Notes under the pieces: generated by a model
What the model saw: the letters and a program-made list of their open reading frames with translations, nothing else
Database searches by the model: none
Told to the model about the DNA's origin: nothing
Program-made: the position numbers and the translations under genes
Assembly: GCF_001194135.2 (NCBI RefSeq)
Contig: NC_068981.1
Location: forward strand, 11,637,243-11,681,233
Length of the DNA: 43,991 nt
DNA from: Octopus bimaculoides
Lineage: Eukaryota
Direction of reading: 5' to 3'
Part shown: positions 35,929-43,991 of the stretch, piece after piece
Position numbering within the stretch: position 1 is the stretch's first letter
How the letters are laid out: each line of letters starts with the position of its first letter

Positions 35929-36455
35929 TACGAGCGTTGACTGTAATTTCCATAGGCTTAGCAAGAGACTCGCATGGAATGTGATCCAATGAGATTCATT
36001 GCTGAACAGAGTCCCATTTGCGGGCAATACTCATTTCCATCGATGTTGCGGTGCTTCAATCCCATTGGTGAAGTATCTTATCTTTCAACTTGTTGGTCAA
36101 AAAGTGAACAGCAGCAGATATGATGTCATCATTACTGCGATACCGGTTCGGACCCAAATGTGTTTTCATGTTGGGGAAACAACTGATGCCCAGATGGTGT
36201 CAAATTAGGATATCAGGGAGGGGAATCGACTACTTCCAAGCCTCAGTCACACTCAGCAGCCATTGAAACTAAGAGCCTGTGTGCTGGAGCATTCCGCTGA
36301 TGAAACAAGACCCCTTTTGTCAATGTTCATGTGTGTTTGATTCCGATAGCTTTTCGTAACTGCCTCAAAAGTTGGCATTAGTACCCTCCATTGATGGTGT
36401 GGCTCTTTTGAAGATAGTCAATAAAACACATTGCTTTTCTTCCCCCAATACATTA
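35929..36455 (-). mobile_element. mariner (Tc1/mariner) transposase 3' fragment with terminal inverted repeat
   Basis: Minus-strand translation gives FIDYLQKSHTING...LLRQLRKAI...KGVLFHQRNAPAH...YPNLTPSGHQLFPNMKTHL...RYRSNDDIISA (GVLFHQDNAPAH and YSPDLAPSD motifs). TA (35929-35930) followed by TIR-like CGAGCGTTGACTGTAATTTCCATAGGCT. Confidence 0.9.
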
Positions 36456-37627
36456 TTAAATGCCAACTACGTCTCCTTTTCTTTACATGTCCAGCACACC
36501 CTGGTTTGAACAACTACCACCACCATTAATTCAACCTCCAGCACCAAATCCACAAAATAAATTACGTAAACTCTAACCAAGCTTATAACAGGTTAAAGGA
36601 CATCTGTTGTATTGTCTCAAGTAATTTATATCAACTTATTCACTTCGCCTCAAAAGTGAATATGTATTTCCTACAGACGCTATATAATTTCCATAAACTC
36701 AAACTAAGGAACGCCTTAACTTACAAAATATCAATTTGATACAGCGAAACATTGAATATTGTTAACTAAATAAATATTGGAGATAGAATCATGTTCTATT
36801 TTCTTAAACATTGCTCGATTAATGTTCTTTTTCTGGAGATAAATATAGAGGAGATTGTAGCAATATTTTCTCTAGCATTTTCAGGGAAAGAAGTAAAATG
36901 AACTGTGAAATAAGTGTGATAGGAAATTGAACAAAGCTGAAAGAGCAGAGAAGAAGCCGTGTAAAACTGAATAAATATAAGCTAATTCATTTTATATATG
37001 ATAAAAGAGATGGTCTTTTAAATATGTTAGTGTATAGGTGGAAGCTGGAGTCAAGCCAATAATGAATGGCCGTGTATGTCTCTTCATGCAGCAAAATACA
37101 GACTGAATCCCCCAAAGGCATATGTGCAGAAAAGTCTGAAATTTAATTTGCGCAAAAGAAAATATATCGTTTGCAAGTGTTACATGATTCACCTGGTAAC
37201 TATAACAACATATTCCTCTGTATTGATCGAAAGGATTCGCAAAAGAAAAATATAAATTGAGCAGGTTTTTTAAAACACTACCTGAATTTGTGTCCGCTGT
37301 GTATAGCGAGAATTATATAGAAAGATTTATACAGCCATTAGCCAACACGAAAGGAAAAAAAAATCTCAAAGGTCCAGAGACAACAACATTTCTGGATGAT
37401 GTTATCCAGCAATAATAATACAGAAAGGAAACTGAAAAACGGCAGCTCAACACCAAGAAAAGATAAAGACAAAACAACGGATATAATAATAACAACAACA
37501 GCAACAGCAACAGAGTAAGCAACTACAGTCAGAGAGAAACAGAAAGAAAAGCAAGCTGATAGCATCTATGGAATTCTTATGTCCGGAAGCAGACTGCCTG
37601 AGAATGTCAACTCAGACACACACTCAG

Positions 37628-37629
<2 letters not shown>

Positions 37630-37671
<42 letters not shown>

Positions 37672-37828
37672 GCACACANNNNNNNNNNNNNNNNNNNNNN
37701 NNNNNNNNNNNNNNNNNNNNNNNNNNNNNNNNNNNNNNNNNNNNNNNNNNNNNNNNNNNNNNNNNNNNNNNNNNNNNNNNNNNNNNNNNNNNNNNNNNNN
37801 NNNNNNNNNNNNNNNNNNNNNNNNNNNN

Positions 37829-37881
<53 letters not shown>
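37630..37881. repeat. (AC)n microsatellite spanning a gap
   Basis: AC runs on both sides of the N-run. Confidence 0.93.
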
Positions 37882-37885
<4 letters not shown>

Positions 37886-38336
37886 GATAGTATCAACATC
37901 ATGAGAGGATGTGGTGAAGTACGACTTGACACAAGAGAAATAAGTGATTTCATGCTGCCACAAGAACACACCAGCTTCAAGAGGATCGGTTTTATCAATC
38001 GTCTTTCTGAAACAGCTTTCATAAAAATTGCATGACATCCATGGCGTCAGAGTAACAACGCTTCAAATTTTAATAAAAGTGACAACCACATCGACAACAA
38101 CAATAGGAAGCGCAGCGTCAATGATAACGCCAAGGACAGCAACAACAATCAGTAAAGACCAGCAATCACAAAAGCAATGTAGACAGTAGCAGCAGCTACA
38201 TTACCGAAAGCAAAATGTTAATTGTGGCTACAAGCACCAACGGTATGTTTTATATGTGGTGGCAATGATAGTAGTCAGAACGTGAAGTAATATTAATAAT
38301 ATTAGGAATAGTATCATTAATAATAGCAATTATAAT

Positions 38337-38602
38337 TGTTGTTGTTGACACTCCGTCGCTTACGATGTCGAGGGTTTCAGTTGGTCCAATCAACGGAACA
38401 GCCTGCTCGTGAAATTAACGTGCAAATGGCTGAGCACTCCACAGACACGTGTACCTTTAACGTAGTTCTCGGGGATATTCAGCGTGACACAGTGTGACAA
38501 GGCTGACCCTTTGAATTACAGGCACAACAGGAACAGGAAGTAAGAATGAGAGAAAGTTGTGGCGAAAGATTACAGCAGGGTTCGCCACCACACCCTGCCG
38601 GA
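38337..38602 (-). mobile_element. SINE family A, 5'-truncated, with TSD
   Basis: Reverse complement of the 3' two-thirds of 1019-1410. Perfect 10-bp TSD CAATTATAAT at 38327-38336 and 38603-38612. Confidence 0.92.
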
Positions 38603-39568
38603 CAATTATAATAGCAACTGCACTAACAGCAACAGCAAACGAGTTCCAACAGAGTACCATTATTATTATGAATATAATTGTTATTATCATTTCAGATACG
38701 CACAGTAGATTAATCGGTTGAAAGAGAAAACTTCCTAGCGTCGGGCTAAATCAAGTTGCCTTAAATGACAAGGACATACCTAAGTATCTAATCTACCACT
38801 AACAACACTGTTCTGGTGCTGCAGTAAACTGAATTTTATATGTATATCCTCTATCCATCGGTTCAGGTCGTTAAGAATAGCTCCTAATACATCAATTACT
38901 AGAGGGATACATTTCACTCGCATTTTCCATAGTCACTGTTAGTCAATGTGTAGGTCCTGCTACGTTGCTATTTTCTCTATAACTCCCATATTGACGTTCT
39001 CATTATTTGGGACTATGAAGTCAATTATTGGGCGCTTTCGATTCTCTTTGTTTACCACAACTAAATAAGACCTAGCTTGTATTACTCTGTGAGTCTGAAT
39101 ATATAAAATACCACATTGCTTTCTAGCACTTTTCTAGGTTCACGTTCATACCATCTATCAGCATGATCAAATACTTTTCTCTATTGATTTACATAGCTTA
39201 CTCTGGAAATCTATCTAGTTTTATGTCTATATTGTCTATTATTCAATAAGTCCTCATTGCATGATTTTGTGCTGTCACTATCAAATTTTCTCTCCCCTTA
39301 TCAACCTCCATTTCGGCAACCATAAACATGTCTCACTATTGATATATTGTGCAACTATCTTTGGGAATCTACCATACAAAGCCTCCTTTTGCCAGTTGGA
39401 CAACCGTTTTTCTTTTTTACCCCTTTTTTTTTTTAAGGTCATTTGGCATTTTGGTTTCCATATATGCTACTGTGACTCTAGCAGCTCTTAATAAACATTC
39501 TTCACTATTACGTACACATGAGGCTATATCTACTCTAGCTAACTCCACACGAATATTAACCCTCTACC

Positions 39569-39680
39569 TCCGCCGAAGTCGGCTTTGCCTTTCGTTCTTT
39601 CGGGGGTCGATAAATTAAGTACCAGTTGCGTACTGAGTTCGATCCCTCAAAATTTGGTGCTTTGTGCCTAGAATAGAAAA
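39569..39680 (+). mobile_element. SINE family B, 5'-truncated, with direct-repeat flanks
   Basis: Core GCCGAAGTCGGCTTTGCCTTTC...GTCGATAAATTAAGTACCAG. Flanked by GAATATTAACCCTCTACC (39551-39568) / GAATATTAACCTTCTACC (39681-39698). Confidence 0.85.
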
Positions 39681-39944
39681 GAATATTAACCTTCTACCGT
39701 TTTACTTTCTCAGTAAGTATAATCTCCTTACTCCTGTTCTTCGTTGAAGTCCTACATTCGTATTGAATTCCTTCCTAGTTCTTTTGTCTAGATTTGCTAA
39801 TTCATATTTTGTTCAGTCTGCAAATGCCGCTGAATATCTAAGTGACGATACTGCCCCCAAGTATTTACAGTCTTAACTAGATTCGGACCATTCAGCTTTG
39901 ACTACATTATCTTCCTCAGCCTTCTGATGTGCTCCTCAATTTTC

Positions 39945-40386
39945 AAGTGATGGTATGTTGCCAACTTAATGTGACAATCCCATGAAAGAGAAGAATGCTG
40001 CTGCTATTTAGCCCTAGGAAACAGCGTTCCCAGTTGGCCATGACACATTTTTCATGTCCTTGTGTTTTCAAAGGGGAGGTATGCACCTCCACCCAGAAAC
40101 GCTAGCATCCATTTTCGAAATCAGTGTATTCCACTTGAAATCTATATGTTTTCAAGTGGGAATAGGCATCCACATCTAGCAGGCCATGCTACTCCAGACT
40201 GATGGTGAAACTAGTCTCTAGGTGCTGGCTTTGCTGGGCGGAGGTAGTTATCTCCCCTTTGAAAACGTAAGGACACAAAAAAATGTGTCATAGTCAACTG
40301 GAAACGGTGCTTCCTAGGGCAAAATAGCAGTAGTATTCTTCCCTTTCATGGGACTTCCACATTAAGTTCGCACCATACCATCACTT
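39945..40386. mobile_element. Foldback MITE, ~165-bp imperfect TIRs
   Basis: AAGTGATGGTATG..AACTTAATGTG...CCCATGAAAG...GCCCTAGGAA...TTTTCAAAGGGGAG is mirrored at 40220-40386. Internal hairpin at 40127-40164. Confidence 0.85.
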
Positions 40387-40533
40387 TATCGTGCTGCTAC
40401 TGTCTATATCTCTCTCAGAGATTTAGAAATGTAATATTTCCTCAATTTGTGTTTACATTACTGTCAGATTCTAATACACCTAGATACAACTCTCTTCTTT
40501 GGGTGATCTGAATGTCTGGCCTTCTGGTAATTG

Positions 40534-40999
40534 AATGTCTTCACTTCTGACTACCTGTCCCTTTTTACGACTAATATCGCACACTTATCTATGCCAAATT
40601 CCATACATATGTCTCTGCCGAAGTGTCTTACAGTTTGTATTAAGAAACCTATCGCTTATTTACAAAGGGGTGATCAAAAGAAGAAGAAGACGAAGAGGAA
40701 GAGGAAGAAGTAGAAGAAGAAGAAGACGAAGAAGAAGAAAAGAAGAAGAAGAAAAACAAGAAGAAAAAGAAAAAGAAGAAGAAGAAGGAGGAGGAGGAGG
40801 TGGAGGAGGACGACGACGAGTAGGAGCTGCAGGTGGAGGAGGAGGGATGGTGGTTGGATCTAAAATGTCTTCACTGCTGACTACCTGTGCCTATTTACGA
40901 CTAATATTGACCACTTATCTATACAAAATTCTATACATATGTCTCTATGTCTCGGCTGAAGTGTCTTACAGTTTGTATTAAGAAATCTATCTCTTATTT
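40534..40999. repeat. ~130-bp direct duplication (40534-40661, 40864-40999) separated by a (GAA)/(GGA) tract
   Basis: Both copies run AATGTCTTCACT.CTGACTACCTGT...GAAGTGTCTTACAGTTTGTATTAAGAAA.CTATC.CTTATTT. Confidence 0.88.
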
Positions 41000-41336
41000 T
41001 CATTATTACTAAAAAGCTTCAGACCATCCCAATAAGTGGTGACATTTTCCTTTACCATTTCTTAACTGATACTCTGCCTTTGCCTTTCTTAATACTGAGG
41101 GCATAAAACATACCAGAAATATTAAATGGGGATAACGAGTCTCCTAGGAAAATTCCTCTCTTCATATTGACTTTCCCTGAGGCTGTGTTACCTGAATAGA
41201 GACGTACTTACCATTCATTCATGCTAAGGTTAGTTAACTCGCTTAGGTTGTCTGCAATACTGAATATACTCAAACATTCACTTGTCCGTGAGTGTGGGAT
41301 CATGTCATAGGCTTTCTTATAATCGGTTTGTGATTC

Positions 41337-41437
41337 CTCTTCTTCTTTTTCTTCTTCTTCTTCTTCTTCTTCTTCTTCTTCTTCTTCTTCTTCTTCTTCT
41401 TCTTCTTCTTCTTCTTCTTCTTCTTCTTCTTCTTCTT

Positions 41438-41468
<31 letters not shown>

Positions 41469-41512
41469 TTATTATTATTATTATTATTATTATTAGTAGT
41501 AGTAGTAGTAGT
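41337..41512. repeat. (CTT)n-(ATT)n-(AGT)n compound microsatellite
   Basis: Direct inspection. Confidence 0.95.
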
Positions 41513-41847
41513 TATGCTGGTGGTTGTGACGACATTAGTAGTATTTCTAGTTGTAGTAGTAAAAGTAAAAAAAAGTAGTATTAGTAGTAGTAGTAGCAGC
41601 AGTAGCAACATCCTTCACCTCGTTACTGATAATTCATAAAAGAAAATCAATGAAATATCCCACTGACCTATCATTCAATGAAATAGTTTGGAACTTGAAT
41701 TATGCAGGCGAAAGAGAACAACAGATAAACTAGCCACAACAAACCTTAAACCGACCTTAAACGAACAAGAACACAATGAAATACAAAAATGGAACAAGGC
41801 ATCAAACACGAGGCAACATCTGAAATGTCATGATTAAACTAACAGGA

Positions 41848-42224
41848 CGTTGTTGTTGGCACTCCGTCGCTTACGACGTCGAGGGTTCCAGTTGATCCAA
41901 TCAACAGGACAGCCTGCTCGTGAATTTAACGTGCAAGTGGCTGAGCACTCCACAGACACGTGTACCCTTAACGTAGTTCATCGTGAATATTCAGCGTGAC
42001 AAGGCTGGCCCTTTGAATTACAGGCACAACAGAAACAGGAAGTAAGAGTGAGAGAAAGTTGTGCTGGAAGAGTACAGCAGGGTTCACCACCACCACCTGC
42101 CGGAGCCTCGTGGAGCTTTAGGTGTTTTCGCTCAATAAACACTCACAACGGCCGGTCTGGGAATCGAAACCGCGATCCTATGACCGCAAGTTCGCTGCTC
42201 TAACCACTAGGCAATTGCACTTCC
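41848..42224 (-). mobile_element. SINE family A, full length, with TSD
   Basis: Reverse complement of 1019-1410. Perfect 10-bp TSD ACTAACAGGA at 41838-41847 and 42225-42234. Confidence 0.93.
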
Positions 42225-42744
42225 ACTAACAGGATGTAGTAAAATAGATAAACAATGTTGCCACACGTAACTAAGATATACAGTAGAATGATTGTAAACA
42301 GTTTGCCGACATATAATGCGATGATATAACCACAAATATCAGAATGGGGCAAGAGTATAAATCACTTCAATTCCTATACAGAGATATCTGGTGTACGTTT
42401 ATCACACCGCTACATTGATTATTAATAATTATTAGACGATAATAATAACACACTTGGATTATTACGTCTTAGCAACGTTCATAAATTAACATCTGACTCT
42501 GGTTCTGGAGAAGCCATTTTGCGAGCTTTCTTAATCCCGAACAATGATTATAAGCTTACTAATCAAAATATCTCCAGAAGTCTGAGACAGTACCACCCCC
42601 ACCTCCACAAAATTTCTCACCGGCGCCAGTCAGTCACGAACTTGTAATTTGTAGTTTACATTCTCACACTAAGTCTCATACATAATCATATAAGCAAAGA
42701 ATATGTTATTTCTGAATTTTACCTTCTCTCAAAACCGATTGTTC

Positions 42745-42907
42745 TAGCAGAATCGTTAGCAAGCCGAGGGAATATGCACAGCGGCGATTCGTCCGTCTTT
42801 ACGTTCTGAGTTCAAATTCTGCCGTGATGGACTTGGTTTTTCATCCTTACGTGGTCCTTAAAATAAGTACCAGTTTAGCAACGACATCAATGTAATTGAC
42901 TTACCCC
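42745..42907 (+). mobile_element. Diverged SINE family B
   Basis: GCAGAATCGTTAGC...TTTACGTTCTGAGTTCAAATTCTGCCG...TTTCATCCTT...AAATAAGTACCAG. Confidence 0.75.
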
Positions 42908-42937
42908 AAAGAGAGGCAGTGATGGCAGTGGTGATAG

Positions 42938-43012
42938 ATGATGATGACGATGATGACGATGGTGATAACGATGATGATGATGATGATGATGATGATGATA
43001 ACAATAACTACA
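42938..43012. repeat. (GAT)n microsatellite
   Basis: Direct inspection. Confidence 0.92.
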
Positions 43013-43545
43013 AAAACAATAAAAATAATGTACATAATTTTTTTTCTATTAATCATCCCAACATCTAAAAAACACTCATCTTTCAGCTCAAAGCCGTGTA
43101 TCTATTTCGACCCTTCGCCATGGGAACCTAGGCAAATGCTGTGTTATTTGATTTCGGACAGACACATATCTCTTAAGATGAATTGTTTAAACGGAAACTA
43201 TTTACAATCCGAGCGCATTGTATCCACAATTCAATTGTACAATCTCATGACACAGTGAGTCACGCTGATTCTGACTAAGACTTAACATATTACACATTTG
43301 TCAAATGATCGACTGTTTACAAGATAATATAATTCGTAGAATTACATTGTGAATACCCTTCATCGAAAACGACGGTGTTTCGCTCATCAACACACACATA
43401 TGCACGCACACATACACACATATCTATATATCTGTGTAACTGTGTGAATATGTTATATAAACAATTTTGTTAAGGTTATTTATACAGATATGCTATAGAA
43501 CTTACAGGCAGCATTGACTTTTGCTACAACGGTTCGTATCGAGAC

Positions 43546-43744
43546 GTCAGGTGTAAACAGACAATGTGATCGAAGACAAAAGGGAGTAATGAGTATATAT
43601 GCCATATTTAGGGCGATCCACCACTCGTCTAACCCACTATGGTAGTTTACATGAGTGCTGTAGAAGGGTAACAATCCCCGAAATATGTCACAGACATTTA
43701 GTAAACACTTTTGTCTTCGATCACATTGTTTGTTTACGTCTGAC
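43546..43744. mobile_element. Small MITE-like element, ~37-bp TIRs
   Basis: GTCAGGTGTAAACAGACAATGTGATCGAAGACAAAAG vs the reverse complement of 43708-43744, GTCAGACGTAAACAAACAATGTGATCGAAGACAAAAG (3 mismatches). No TSD seen. Confidence 0.75.
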
Positions 43745-43889
43745 AAAATAATCTAAGACCACTGCTGACAAAATAGAACACGGTACCGACTTATGAAAGC
43801 ATTTAGTATACCTTATAATATATTGTTTGCTTAACGAAATACCACATACATGAAAATCTTTAATATATAAAGAACGTATGTAAATACGG

Positions 43890-43959
43890 TATGTGTATGT
43901 ATGTATGTATGTATGTATGTATGTATGTATGTATGTATGTATGTATGCTTGTATGTATG

Positions 43960-43991
<32 letters not shown>
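43890..43991. repeat. (GTAT)n and (AT)n microsatellites
   Basis: Direct inspection. Confidence 0.94.

Overview
AT-rich, microsatellite-saturated eukaryotic DNA from a gapped short-read draft. The N-runs are almost always flanked by simple repeats. The repeat families look like those of an octopod cephalopod, probably Octopus; this is recalled, not database-checked. No intact host gene is recognisable, and nearly all listed ORFs are microsatellite or N-gap artefacts. The window is a mosaic of mobile-element relics: four tRNA-headed SINE-like families (called A-D here, several copies with clear target-site duplications), a CR1/L2-group LINE fragment (zinc-finger ORF1 plus APE), an R4/Dong-type restriction-like-endonuclease fragment, a mariner transposase C-terminus with TIR and TA, a Penelope-like (PLE) GIY-YIG fragment, a non-autonomous Helitron carrying degenerate telomeric repeats, and three foldback/MITE elements. 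The most interesting signal is family D: a Pol III-type tRNA head, an internal (AAT)n tract, then a minimal type-I hammerhead ribozyme of the PLE kind, with no poly(A) or repeat tail. One locus shows a PLE-like inverted junction about 210 bp from a PLE endonuclease relic. Two further unrelated minimal-hammerhead relics lie at 19.7 and 27.5 kb. Together these suggest ribozyme-bearing non-autonomous elements mobilised by PLEs (inference). One candidate plus-strand coding exon (28903-29061) is noted at low confidence.
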